From positions 1 to 47,857 of the IMG/VR virus record IMGVR_UViG_3300017700_000660: 47,857 nucleotides of DNA; one strand, 5' to 3'. The stretch is from a virus. Lineage: Duplodnaviria; Caudoviricetes. The notes below the pieces were generated by a model that did no database searches, was not told the DNA's origin, and saw only the letters and a list, made by a program, of their open reading frames with translations. The translations under genes were made by a program, and so were the position numbers. The stretch's first letter is position 1. Every line of letters begins with the position of its first letter. Positions 24,791 through 33,842 of the stretch are shown here, piece after piece.

Positions 24791-25666
24791 TCAACCGGAA
24801 CGGAAGCCCTCGTTAAAGTCGTCGTCTTCCGAAGGGGCAGCGGCGTGACCGCCAACACCCCTCGGGGTTACCGCCGCGTCAATGCGGCTTTGTCTTTGGG
24901 AGGCAGTCGCCTTGGCCTTCTCGGCGGCCTTGAATTTCGTCAGGGCCTCGCTGATGACCGAAGAGTCGAAGGTGCTGTTGACGAGCTTTTGATACTCGGC
25001 GGGCTGCGTGGCCAGCCAAGTGCGGTAGGCGTTCTTGGAATCCGGCTTGCCGGCGTCCACAACTTCCCTCCAGTCGGGGTGCTCACGGCTCAGGAGCCGC
25101 GACTCGACCAAATACTCCACGCGGTCATCCACGCCTTTTAGGGCGGTGTCGATTCGTGGGGCTACCATTTCTTCCAGCTTTGCCGGATCGAAGGCCTCAC
25201 CTGTCCCGGTCCCGCGCAACTTGATCTTGCTCAGGGCCTTGTTGAACACCGTGCGTTGCATGGTGGCCAGCTCGGGGTACTCGGCGGCAAACTCGGCCAT
25301 GTCCTCTTCGGACAATTCAACCGCCTCGCCCGCCGGCGTGGTGTTCTGAAGCTCTCTGATCAGGCGCTCGATGCCGCCGATCTTTCCAAAGGCCTTGTCG
25401 CTGTTCTGGGTCAACGTGGTCCGCAGTTCTTCAACTGCAGCGGCGCTGGCCTTCAAACCTTCGAACTCTTCCTTGGTGATCTGCACGTACTCGGGTGCTG
25501 CTGGTGCGGCAGCCGGGGCTGCTGCTGCGCTGGTTTCATCCTGTCCGTCCTGCTTCTCCGGCGTTTCCGTGGGAGGCGCAGGGGCATCGGTGAACCCCGC
25601 GTCAAAGTCTTCGTCTGTTCCTTCAACCTGGTTATCAACAACTTCCGTTGAATCTTCTGGTGGCAT
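24791..25666 (-). CDS. Capsid scaffolding protein
   Basis: Acidic N-terminus, HPDWREVV motif, EDDDFNEGF C-terminus; directly upstream of the MCP. Confidence 0.7.
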   Translation of the reverse strand: MPPEDSTEVVDNQVEGTDEDFDAGFTDAPAPPTETPEKQDGQDETSAAAAPAAAPAAPEYVQITKEEFEGLKASAAAVEELRTTLTQNSDKAFGKIGGIERLIRELQNTTPAGEAVELSEEDMAEFAAEYPELATMQRTVFNKALSKIKLRGTGTGEAFDPAKLEEMVAPRIDTALKGVDDRVEYLVESRLLSREHPDWREVVDAGKPDSKNAYRTWLATQPAEYQKLVNSTFDSSVISEALTKFKAAEKAKATASQRQSRIDAAVTPRGVGGHAAAPSEDDDFNEGFRSG

Positions 25667-25777
25667 TTGCTATCTCCAAAACACAAAGCCCGCACAGGGC
25701 GGGCTCAAGATCGCGACCGGCGAATTAACGTGGGTCACAGCGGGTTGCCGTGCGGGTTGCCCCGGGCGGCGGGAAAC

Positions 25778-26011
25778 TTAATTGGTGTCGGGCAGGTCCT
25801 CTGCCAGGGCAATAAGGCCCTTGAGTTCGGCGATGCGTCCGCGCAGCAGCGCCGTCTTTCGCTCATCGTGGTCACCGTCGTTCTGTGCGCGCAGCACGGT
25901 CATCCGGGCTTCCATGTGCTTGACCAGCTTCAGCCACAGGCCGCTCTGGCGGTCTGAGGTCGACAGCACAGGTTCCACTGTCTCAGGGGGCTTGGCGACG
26001 ACCTTGTTCAT
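25778..26011 (-). CDS. Small conserved head-module protein
   Basis: TALLRGRIAELK motif; sits between portal and scaffold. Confidence 0.65.
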   Translation of the reverse strand: MNKVVAKPPETVEPVLSTSDRQSGLWLKLVKHMEARMTVLRAQNDGDHDERKTALLRGRIAELKGLIALAEDLPDTN

Positions 26012-28398
26012 TTGATGAATGCCTCACCGGCTGGCGCCCGGCCAACGGGTTCAACGGCGGGCGTCGCCACTTGCGGGCTGGGTTTGTGGTGCTTGTGGAC
26101 GTCGACTGTCATTCCGGCAAGCGTCAAGTCTTTCTGCGTGTCCAGCTTCATCACCGTCTGGGCCAGTTGCACCTTGGCTTCATCGATCGAGATTTGCCGG
26201 AGATTGGCGTATTTCAACGTCTCCAACTGCATGGCGCGGTCATGGTCGTCAATGGCCTTCTGGCGCGCGATCTCGTCGCGGCGGGCCAGAGATTCGTTGT
26301 ACGCGGTGTCGCGGTCGGTGTCCTGCTTGGCAAGCTCGACGTTCTCCTGGCTCTTCGTCTGGGCGATCTTCTCGGCGGACTGCGCGCGGATGGTGGCAGC
26401 TTCGACGGCTGGCGCCTTGGGCTGCGGCTGGCTTTCGATCTTGGCCTGCTCTTCCTCCGTGTACTGGAAGCTGCGAGGGTCCAGGCGCTTGGACTTCATC
26501 ATCTCCTTGGCCCAGAGCTTTGGGTTGAAGCCGAAGGCCGGATCCTTGACCATGCCCGCCATCTGGGCGATTGTCTGGTCCTGGATGGCGCGCTCGACCA
26601 GCGCGGCCGAGCCGTGGGCATTGATCTGCCAGTCGCCCTTTTCCTCGTTGGGCACATCCGGGTCCAGAAGCAGCCATTCGTAGTACTGGTTCACCACGGG
26701 CTCGGTGATGAAGTCGTCGACCGTGTAGCCGATGCTGCGCAGCAGCTGGTTGGCGTTGCTGTTCTGCAGCTGGGCGGCGCCGTAGGTCTCGGGCGTCGTC
26801 GGTCCTGACTGGCCTTGCGTGATCAACGGGATGCTGGTGGCCTCTTCTGCTAGCTTGAAGGCGTAGTCGATGATCGCCATGAGCTGTGGGCCCATGTTCG
26901 GGAACTGGAAAGTGGCAAAGGCCTTGCGCACGTCGTCGACCGTGGCGTCGGCGTTCTTGTACCAGAGCTTTTCGTCAGTGATCACCCAGGTGCCGTCGGC
27001 CGGGGTGACGCTGCCACGGTCCACCACGGTCTGGAATCCTGCCGACTTGCCGGCATTGCCCAGCAGGCGGCGGCTGGCGGCGTTGATCATGCGCTGCGGG
27101 GTGTTCAGCTGCTCGCCCACGCCGACACCAGCCCAATGCCCTTCTCGCCGGCGCCATGGGAAGGCGTGGTACGGGAACTTGCCAGAATCCAGCGGGTTCA
27201 CGGTAGCGCGCACTGCCGTGTCGTTGATCAGCGTCACGATGGCGTAGCAGTCGCCGTCGCCCTCGGGCAGCAGGCTTTCAGGCTTCAGGCCGCCGGCGCT
27301 CACCATGGTCTCCATGTCCTGGCGGCTCAGGGTGCCGTAGAAGTACCAGACCGGGAACCGGTGCTCATTCCTCGTCGCGTCCTGGTTATTGTTGTTGTCG
27401 TCGGAGGTCTGCTTTCCCGGACCCTCCGTGAGGACCTTTTCGATCTGGGCGGCGATGTAGCCAGGCAGCGCCTTCAGGTCCTTGACCTGCTTGGGAGATA
27501 GGAAGTCACGCTCCAGGAAGTAGTCGCCGTTCTGGATGTTCTCACCGCAGGCCCGGTCAGGAAAGCAGTTCCATGGCGAGATGCTCTTGCTGGCCGGCGC
27601 GATCTTGCTGACCATCTGCAGCTTGACAATTCCGCCCTCTTTGGACACAGCCTGGGAGGTGCGGCGCTCCGGGAATGGCGCCTTGAGAACGCCCACGCCG
27701 ATGCGCGCGCCGTCGAAGATGACTTTGCGCATTTCGGCCGGGTGCTTGCTCTCCACCATCCAGTCGTAAATCCGGGTCTCGGCTTTCTTCGCCGAGGCCT
27801 TGGCCATGTCTATGCTTTCTTGCGCCAGGTCCTTGACGGTGATTGGCACGCCAGCTTCTGGATCCACCGGCGCGGCGCCAGGCTGTTGCAGGGCTGCCAG
27901 TTCTTCAGGCTTGGGGTTGCGCATCAGCGGGTCGCCCGCATCCGAGGTCACCTGCCGCGTGTCGTCCTTGCCATTGACTAGATCAGGAACTGGGGTGGCG
28001 TCGAAGCTGAAAGGCTTGTCGTCAATCGGAATGAGAATTTCACCCAGCTTTGCCGACCCGGCATCCACATACCGGCTTGTCATGGGGATGAACACGGTGG
28101 AGCGCACTTCGTCCTGGGTACCGCGGCGGCCGGCGGTGGTCACTGGCCCGCTTGGGCTGGTCGGTTTAATCCACTTGGCATTCTGGAACTCACCGCGGTT
28201 CAGGTCGTCGATGCCCACATAGGCGTCTTCTGCCCTGGCCCATACCTCTTCGATCCCGCTACTCTTGCGCGCCGTCACCGCCTCATTGCGCTTGGTGACG
28301 ACGATCTCGCTGATCGCGGCCAGGCGGTCTTCGCGCTGTGACTTGGTGTGATCCAGCGCCTGCTGGACTACCTGCGGGAGGTTGCGGTTACGCGGCAT
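26008..28398 (-). CDS. Portal protein (podoviral type, 796 aa)
   Basis: Follows TerL; GVGVLKAP, SPWNCFPD and GVGVGEQL motifs; coiled-coil C-terminus. Confidence 0.85.
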   Translation of the reverse strand: MPRNRNLPQVVQQALDHTKSQREDRLAAISEIVVTKRNEAVTARKSSGIEEVWARAEDAYVGIDDLNRGEFQNAKWIKPTSPSGPVTTAGRRGTQDEVRSTVFIPMTSRYVDAGSAKLGEILIPIDDKPFSFDATPVPDLVNGKDDTRQVTSDAGDPLMRNPKPEELAALQQPGAAPVDPEAGVPITVKDLAQESIDMAKASAKKAETRIYDWMVESKHPAEMRKVIFDGARIGVGVLKAPFPERRTSQAVSKEGGIVKLQMVSKIAPASKSISPWNCFPDRACGENIQNGDYFLERDFLSPKQVKDLKALPGYIAAQIEKVLTEGPGKQTSDDNNNNQDATRNEHRFPVWYFYGTLSRQDMETMVSAGGLKPESLLPEGDGDCYAIVTLINDTAVRATVNPLDSGKFPYHAFPWRRREGHWAGVGVGEQLNTPQRMINAASRRLLGNAGKSAGFQTVVDRGSVTPADGTWVITDEKLWYKNADATVDDVRKAFATFQFPNMGPQLMAIIDYAFKLAEEATSIPLITQGQSGPTTPETYGAAQLQNSNANQLLRSIGYTVDDFITEPVVNQYYEWLLLDPDVPNEEKGDWQINAHGSAALVERAIQDQTIAQMAGMVKDPAFGFNPKLWAKEMMKSKRLDPRSFQYTEEEQAKIESQPQPKAPAVEAATIRAQSAEKIAQTKSQENVELAKQDTDRDTAYNESLARRDEIARQKAIDDHDRAMQLETLKYANLRQISIDEAKVQLAQTVMKLDTQKDLTLAGMTVDVHKHHKPSPQVATPAVEPVGRAPAGEAFIK

Positions 28399-28401
28399 TG
28401 C

Positions 28402-28653
28402 TTAGGCGCCCAGGCCAGTCAGCAAAGTGGCAGTGGTCCCGGTGGCATTGATGCGCGCGGCCTCAATTGGCAGGATGAAGCCGACCGGGACCGCGGTAAA
28501 CAGAACCGTCGAGCCGTCCTGCATTACGGCGGTGATGTTGCCAGCACCCCCAACATAGATCCCTTTGGTATTGGCTGGCAGGTTTGCGGCCGCGGTGTCG
28601 CCTGGCGTGATGGGAAATGCGTAACGCGCCGTTGGGATTGAGGTGTAGTTCAT
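28402..28653 (-). CDS. Head spike-base-like protein (Rcc01079-type)
   Basis: AFPITPGD...GIYVGGAGNITAVMQDGSTVLF...ILPIEAARINATGTTA matches the GTA spike-base pattern. Confidence 0.7.
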   Translation of the reverse strand: MNYTSIPTARYAFPITPGDTAAANLPANTKGIYVGGAGNITAVMQDGSTVLFTAVPVGFILPIEAARINATGTTATLLTGLGA

Positions 28654-28669
28654 GGTGGTCCTTAAATGC

Positions 28670-28690
28670 AAAAACCGCCCGGAGGCGGTT
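28670..28690 (-). terminator. Intrinsic terminator
   Basis: AACCGCC-TCCG-GGCGGTT-TTT on the minus strand. Confidence 0.75.
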
Positions 28691-28708
28691 CGATTGAGTG
28701 GTTGCGGG

Positions 28709-30175
28709 TTACAGGCCCATGCTGGCGTCGGATGGGCGGAAAGGCGCCAGCTCGGCCGTGGTATCGACGATCGGGGTTGTTGCTTTGCGCAGCATCATCA
28801 GCGCGTACCTGGTGGCGCTCATCAAGTCATCGCCGACCTTCACGATCTTTCCGTCGTCTCGGTGGTAGAGCCGGAATTCTTCCCACCAGTCATGCAGGTG
28901 AGCGGCTACCTTTAGGCGCCCGGTCTGCATTCGGTCCAGCATGTCCATCAGCCCGGCCTCCACGCCGTTGCCGCCGGTGCCTTCTGGCTTGCCCTTCTCG
29001 GGCGGGTGCGTTGCCTTGTCCTTGAGCATCTTCACGCCCAGGTTGCGGTACTGGGTGGCCAGCTGCTCACCTGAGCCTTTGTCATGCTGCAGGCCGTCAT
29101 GTGGCCAGGCAAAAGGAATCCATTTGCCCTTGGCCATGATTGTGGCCGCGTGAATAACTGGTGTCGCCTCTCGCTTGCGGTAGCAGTCGTACACGTGCAC
29201 CGTATCGGTGTCCCTGTCATAGGCGATCCACACTGCCGCAGTGGGATGGTCCCAGCCGAAGTCGATGCCACCGATTCGCGGCCAGTGCTTAGGTAGCGAC
29301 AGCACCGGCTCCCTAATATCCTCCTCGGGAATCGGGAAGATGCGACCAGAACCCAGCGTCGGGATGCCCATGGAGCGCGCTTCGCGCTCGTGCGCCGGGT
29401 AGCTGGCGATGATGGCGGCGCGCTGCTCGGGCGTGTAGTGCTCGGCATCGTGGATCGTCATCGTCGTCACAGCGGTGCCCGGGTGCTTGTCGATCAGGAA
29501 GCGCTTGACGACATCTGACATGCCCTTGAGCGGCGTGAAGGTCACCCAGACGATGCCCTGCGTGGCGTTCGTGCGGGTCAAGCCCTCGATATAAATGTCT
29601 TCCGGCGGCTCCTCATCGAACCAGACGAAGTCCAGGGTTTCACCCTGCCAGCGCTCTCGGCCCTGGTCGTATGTCTTCAGGGTCACGCGGCTGACGCCGC
29701 CGGTCTCGTGGCGTACCAGGATGGTTTCCACGGCATCCGCGACGCCGTGCGAGGCCCGCTGTATCTTCAGAATCCTGTCGGCTGGAATGGCTCCCGTGCC
29801 CCATGCACCCACGGGCCCCAGCAGCAGCCGCTGGACGGTATCTCGCGTTCCCTGGCTGGTTTCCGATGCCGCCCAGCCGGTCACTGGCTCGTTGAAAACA
29901 GCGCCTTGCCAGTCCTCTGGATAGAGGCCGGTAAGGTGCATGGCGCATTCAAACGAACCCGCAACCGTCTTGCCCAGCTGGTTGCCGGCGATTAAAAGGC
30001 GCTCTCGGATCGCAAGGTCTGCGCCGAGAATGTGGAATTCCTGCTGCTTGGCGTAGGGCTGGTAATCGGCCAGCTTGAACCTGGCGAGCTCGTTGATGGC
30101 CTCAGCCAAGAGCGCAGCGCTTTCACCGGGCAGGAGTTGGTCCAGCCAGTCGAGGTCGTCAGCGAGCTTTGGCAC
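28709..30175 (-). CDS. terL: Terminase large subunit (P22-like)
   Basis: Walker A AGNQLGKT, Walker B VWFDEEP, TFTP coupling motif, nuclease GIDFGWDHP and DDLMSATRY. Confidence 0.95.
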   Translation of the reverse strand: MPKLADDLDWLDQLLPGESAALLAEAINELARFKLADYQPYAKQQEFHILGADLAIRERLLIAGNQLGKTVAGSFECAMHLTGLYPEDWQGAVFNEPVTGWAASETSQGTRDTVQRLLLGPVGAWGTGAIPADRILKIQRASHGVADAVETILVRHETGGVSRVTLKTYDQGRERWQGETLDFVWFDEEPPEDIYIEGLTRTNATQGIVWVTFTPLKGMSDVVKRFLIDKHPGTAVTTMTIHDAEHYTPEQRAAIIASYPAHEREARSMGIPTLGSGRIFPIPEEDIREPVLSLPKHWPRIGGIDFGWDHPTAAVWIAYDRDTDTVHVYDCYRKREATPVIHAATIMAKGKWIPFAWPHDGLQHDKGSGEQLATQYRNLGVKMLKDKATHPPEKGKPEGTGGNGVEAGLMDMLDRMQTGRLKVAAHLHDWWEEFRLYHRDDGKIVKVGDDLMSATRYALMMLRKATTPIVDTTAELAPFRPSDASMGL

Positions 30176-30980
30176 TGAGCCTCTCCACGACAGCCTTCAG
30201 CTTTTCCCGGTCGATTCCGTCCAGCAGGCTCTTCTGCTTGTTGTCTTTCTCGTACAGGCCCAGGTGCTTGGCCACCTTTTCCAGCGCCTCGCCCTTGTTG
30301 TGGGTCAGCACCTGCAAACCGTCTTTTGTCTCTTTGACGCCGGCATAGAGCGCCGCAGCGCCCTTGCTCAGCTTGCGCGTGTCCTTGAATATCGTGCGGC
30401 CCACGCCTTCACCGAAGCATTCTGGACAGTCCGGGTTCGGCGTGCGGCGCTTGTCGTAGCCGATTCCACCCTTGGTGTCGAACTCAGCGCCAATCGGTTT
30501 GCCTTCTTCGATGGCCTTTTCAGCCTTGGCGCTGTACTCAGCCTCTTCGCGCTCCTGCTCGGCTGCCGTGCGTTGGTAGCGGTTGTCCTTGCCCCAGCAA
30601 TGCCTGCAGCACCCGATGACATGCTCCACAAGCTCCCGGGCGTCTGCTGTTGCAATGCCCCAGATATGTTGCAGCGCGTCTTCCGACGTGATGTTCAGTG
30701 TCTTGGAGCGCTCAGCTTTGGCAGCAGCGATCGCGTCAGCTATGTTAGCGTCTGCTAGCAATCTGCACGCCGCCACGCGGGCGGTTCCGTTTGTCACATG
30801 CTGGAAAACTCGCATGTAAGCCTGGGTGCCGTTCAGGTCGATCAGGTATTCCTCGACAAAGCGCTCTTCATTGGGCGTCAGCATGTGCTCGCCGCTGCGT
30901 TGGGTCAGGACCGGCTTGGACTTGCGCGCGGCTTTGACTGCCGGCGCTTTCTTCGCTGGCTTGGCCGGGGTCTTGCCCAT
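30159..30980 (-). CDS. terS: Terminase small subunit with Cys-cluster insert
   Basis: LTPNEERFVEEYLIDLNGTQAY start; CCRHCWG and CPECFGEG; KVAKHLGLY. Confidence 0.85.
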   Translation of the reverse strand: MGKTPAKPAKKAPAVKAARKSKPVLTQRSGEHMLTPNEERFVEEYLIDLNGTQAYMRVFQHVTNGTARVAACRLLADANIADAIAAAKAERSKTLNITSEDALQHIWGIATADARELVEHVIGCCRHCWGKDNRYQRTAAEQEREEAEYSAKAEKAIEEGKPIGAEFDTKGGIGYDKRRTPNPDCPECFGEGVGRTIFKDTRKLSKGAAALYAGVKETKDGLQVLTHNKGEALEKVAKHLGLYEKDNKQKSLLDGIDREKLKAVVERLSAKAR

Positions 30981-31183
30981 CACAGGCCTTTCAGATAGCT
31001 CAGGATCAGCCGGTCGAGCACACGCAGGGACTTGGCTGCCGTCTGGCGGGCCAGTTCGATCTGGTCTTCCGGGAATACCCGGGTTTCCGTCATCCGCTTG
31101 AGGATCAGGTTGTTGGCCTGGCACACCGTCGCCATCGTCCCAATGCAGTTGTTGAAGACGGCGGGCGAGTGCGTGACGGTCAT
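30980..31183 (-). CDS. Hypothetical protein
   Basis: Stop overlaps the terS start. Confidence 0.55.
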   Translation of the reverse strand: MTVTHSPAVFNNCIGTMATVCQANNLILKRMTETRVFPEDQIELARQTAAKSLRVLDRLILSYLKGL

Positions 31184-31190
31184 TTGAGTC

Positions 31191-31475
31191 TCAGTGCGCT
31201 TTCAGGCGCAGGCCGTTGGGTCCGTCGAGTTGCAGGCCCTGGGGCTCCGCTGTGACCGCTGCCATCTCGGCTGCTGGGATGAACGCACCATCTACCCACT
31301 TAACGGCCTCGTCGGTCTTCATGCCGGCAATGCTGTCCAGGTACTTCAGGACCAGGCCGGCGTGCTGGTGGGCGTTGCTGTCCTTTTGGAAGCCGTCTTC
31401 CAGGAACAGGCTCATGACCATCTGCGGCTGGCCGTCGACGACTGTGTCGTCCAGAGTGATGACTGCTTTTGGCAT
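31191..31475 (-). CDS. Hypothetical protein
   Basis: Tightly packed ORF in the late operon. Confidence 0.6.
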   Translation of the reverse strand: MPKAVITLDDTVVDGQPQMVMSLFLEDGFQKDSNAHQHAGLVLKYLDSIAGMKTDEAVKWVDGAFIPAAEMAAVTAEPQGLQLDGPNGLRLKAH

Positions 31476-31874
31476 TTACTTGCCCTTCCCGGCTTTGGCT
31501 GGCGCCTTCTTGGCGGCGGCCTTCTTTGGGGTCAGGGCCTCCACGGCGCGCTTGACCAGGCTTTTGGTGACGGTTTTCGCTGGTGCCTGGGTGGCGGCTG
31601 GCTGAGGTGCCACTTGGGCTGCCGGTGCCGATGGTTCCGCTTCTGCGGCTTGCGCTGTCTTCAATGCTTCAGCCTGTTCCGGGGTTTCCACGGGAACGGG
31701 CTCAACCGGCACTTCTCCGGCGGGCGTGGGGTCTGGCAGCTGGCCCAGGCAGGCATGGCCTTCCCAGTCGGCGTCGTCTTCGCGGCCGGCCAGGAAGTCA
31801 GCGACCTGTTGCTTGTTGTGGAAGTTCTTTTCCTCGCCGGTTTTGGCGTTTCGCAGGGGGATCAGGAAATGCAT
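31476..31874 (-). CDS. Hypothetical protein with Lys/Ala-rich basic tail
   Basis: AAGGA RBS; C-terminus PKKAAAKKAPAKAGKGK. Confidence 0.65.
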   Translation of the reverse strand: MHFLIPLRNAKTGEEKNFHNKQQVADFLAGREDDADWEGHACLGQLPDPTPAGEVPVEPVPVETPEQAEALKTAQAAEAEPSAPAAQVAPQPAATQAPAKTVTKSLVKRAVEALTPKKAAAKKAPAKAGKGK

Positions 31875-31882
31875 GGCAGTCC

Positions 31883-32230
31883 TTAAATTGCCGCGGGCAT
31901 GCCGGGTTTGGCTCCCATTGCGGCCGGCTTCGCACCGAAGCCTTCGTCGAAATCGCTCTCGGCAGCCGCGTCTCCGTCCTGCTCATAGACGTCCAGGACC
32001 AGTTTCAGGGCGTCGCCGATGTTGTCGGCAGTCTTCGGTGGAGCGGCGCCCGGCTCTTCCATGGGTGCTGGCTCTTCCTTCATTTCCTTTTTCACGGTGA
32101 AGGTGCCGTCGGGGCGAACGTAAAGCTCAATGCAATATCCGCCTGCCTCGGGTGCTGGCGCTGCACCTGCATCAGGGGCTGCACCGCTCATTGCGGCGGC
32201 GTTTGGCTGGGCGGGGGGCATTGTGGCCAT
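31883..32230 (-). CDS. Hypothetical acidic protein (first late CDS)
   Basis: AAGGA RBS before ATG 32230. Confidence 0.6.
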   Translation of the reverse strand: MATMPPAQPNAAAMSGAAPDAGAAPAPEAGGYCIELYVRPDGTFTVKKEMKEEPAPMEEPGAAPPKTADNIGDALKLVLDVYEQDGDAAAESDFDEGFGAKPAAMGAKPGMPAAI

Positions 32231-32494
32231 GGTGGAGTCCTTGCTATGTAAAAACCCCGCTGGGCGGAACCATGCGGGCGTAAAAGGTGGCAACGTGATC
32301 CGAAGCACCTTGGAGACGACTGATGGGCGGCAGGCCCCGGGCTTCCTGTGTGGATTCAGGAGTTGGCGCCCAGGGCCTTATCGCAGGCTACGGTTAACTC
32401 ACCGCGGCACGAGCCAGCCCGACGCCAAGAACCAGTGGTTGGGAATGCTGGCAGGCGTTTGAGTGGGCTGGTACACCGGCGTGGCCGGGGGTTC

Positions 32495-32570
32495 TGGCTG
32501 TGAAGTGTGGGCTCGAACCACAGACCCGCGACTTAACAGGCCGCTGCTCTACCAACTGAGCTACATCACA
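32495..32570 (-). tRNA. tRNA-Asn(GTT)
   Basis: 76 nt cloverleaf TGTGATGTAGCTCAGTTGGTAGAGC...CTGTTAA...GGTTCGAGCC...GCCA with encoded CCA. Confidence 0.92.
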
Positions 32571-32576
32571 AAATTC

Positions 32577-32652
32577 TGGCGGGCCTGGAACGAATCGAAC
32601 GTTCAACCTTCGGTTTTGGAGACCGGTGCTCTGCCAGTTGAGCTACAGACAC
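32577..32652 (-). tRNA. tRNA-Trp(CCA)
   Basis: 76 nt cloverleaf GTGTCTGTAGCTCAACTGGCAGAGC...CTCCAAA...GTTCGATTC...GCCA. Confidence 0.9.
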
Positions 32653-32659
32653 GGAAATG

Positions 32660-32684
32660 AAAAAGCCACCGCTTGGGTGGCTTT
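32660..32684 (-). terminator. tR'-like terminator of the late leader
   Basis: AAAGCCACC...GGTGGCTTTTT about 90 nt after the late promoter. Confidence 0.8.
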
Positions 32685-32778
32685 GGGAATCTGTTCGGGG
32701 GTGGCTCCGCCCTCAAGTGGCGGGACCTTTTGATCTTATCGGGTCGGTAAATGCCGACTCGTCTGTACAGGTGGCAGG

Positions 32779-32808
32779 ATTATAAGACCTGATTTGCAGC
32801 CTGCGCAA
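32779..32808 (-). promoter_or_regulatory. pR'-like late promoter
   Basis: TTGCGC-18 nt-TATAAT on the minus strand, downstream of the Q-like gene and upstream of the terminator and tRNAs. Confidence 0.7.
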
Positions 32809-33178
32809 CAACATTCTGGGTATCCCCGAAGACTGGCTGCGTGATGCCGTACTTTTTGGCATGGCTCAAAATCCATTCGTCTACCTGGGCAAGAGCCTTG
32901 GTTTGCTCTGCGCTCATGGTTTGCACCACTGGCTCAAAGGTGCCGTCCGCGAAAATCCTGTACCCCAAGGGCGCGTGAAGAATGCCGCTGATCTTCACCT
33001 TGAGTGCCCGAAGCGGTTCCGTCTCTTCCATGAAGGCGCGGTGAGCCATCATCCGGCAAACGTGCATGAAAACTTTGTGATCTCGTATGTCGCGCTGGTC
33101 GCAATAGCGCTGGGCCTCGCACCGGATGCTGGTACTTTCCCAGGATTCCTGTTGGATGGCTGTGGCTGATGCATTCAT
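32780..33178 (-). CDS. Hypothetical protein
   Basis: ATGA-coupled to the Q-like gene. Confidence 0.55.
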   Translation of the reverse strand: MNASATAIQQESWESTSIRCEAQRYCDQRDIRDHKVFMHVCRMMAHRAFMEETEPLRALKVKISGILHAPLGYRIFADGTFEPVVQTMSAEQTKALAQVDEWILSHAKKYGITQPVFGDTQNVVAQAANQVL

Positions 33179-33765
33179 GGCAGTTCCATCCTACCGGACA
33201 ACGCCTTCATCGCCGCCGGCCCCGCGCGCCCTGCTTCTCGCTCCATTTCCGCCACAAGCCAGTCAGCCAGCTCTCGGTGTTCCTGTTTGAACTGCGATTT
33301 GAACGCCACCTTCCCCGTACCGCGGCAAACCTGGCAGTCGTGGTCACTGAAGGACTTGCTGCCCGGGATCAGCGTCTTGCCGTGGCCGCCGCACGCCCGA
33401 CAGGTTCCGTTGCGGTGCCAGGCCAGGCATGCGCACGCCATGTCGTTCGCCGTCACGCGGCCAATCTTCACACGCAGCTTCCAGGACTGCGTAAACACCA
33501 GTTCAGCCAGGATGCGGACGATGTCGTGGGCCGCCCGGTTGTCGCCGGCGAACATGCGCTCCAGCGGCACGGCCAGCGGGTGCTTGCTGCAGTCCTCCCC
33601 GCGCTCGTTCTTCCCCGAGCTCAGGCGCTTGTCTGCAATGCCAAAGGCTCCAAGCACGTCGGTGTCGCCAGACTGACCCTCGGCATCGCGCTTATTGAGT
33701 TCACTGGTGTGCTTCAGGTTGCTGCTGTGCACGGCTGTCGCGTATCGATCGGTGATCCTGGCCAT
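33175..33765 (-). CDS. Q: Late antiterminator Q-like protein
   Basis: Two CxxCxGxG motifs (CRACGGHG, CQVCRGTG); position just upstream of the late promoter. Confidence 0.7.
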   Translation of the reverse strand: MARITDRYATAVHSSNLKHTSELNKRDAEGQSGDTDVLGAFGIADKRLSSGKNERGEDCSKHPLAVPLERMFAGDNRAAHDIVRILAELVFTQSWKLRVKIGRVTANDMACACLAWHRNGTCRACGGHGKTLIPGSKSFSDHDCQVCRGTGKVAFKSQFKQEHRELADWLVAEMEREAGRAGPAAMKALSGRMELP

Positions 33766-33786
33766 AGTGTTCTTTCTTTGTTATCT

Positions 33787-33842
33787 GCTATCGATTTAGT
33801 AGCTGAATAGCCTTATCTGGCCTTTGGTAGCTCAGGTTTTTG
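33787..33842 (+). repeat. Dispersed dyad repeat, copy D (degenerate tail)
   Basis: GCTATCGATTTAGTAGC 17-bp dyad. Confidence 0.6.

Noticed and set aside
17945-25141. Long + strand ORFs opposite tail and capsid genes (405 and 474 aa)
   Set aside because: Antisense shadows of well-supported minus-strand genes.
32763-32777. LexA box near the late promoter (CTGTACAGGTGGCAG)
   Set aside because: 15 bp rather than the 16-bp CTG-N10-CAG.
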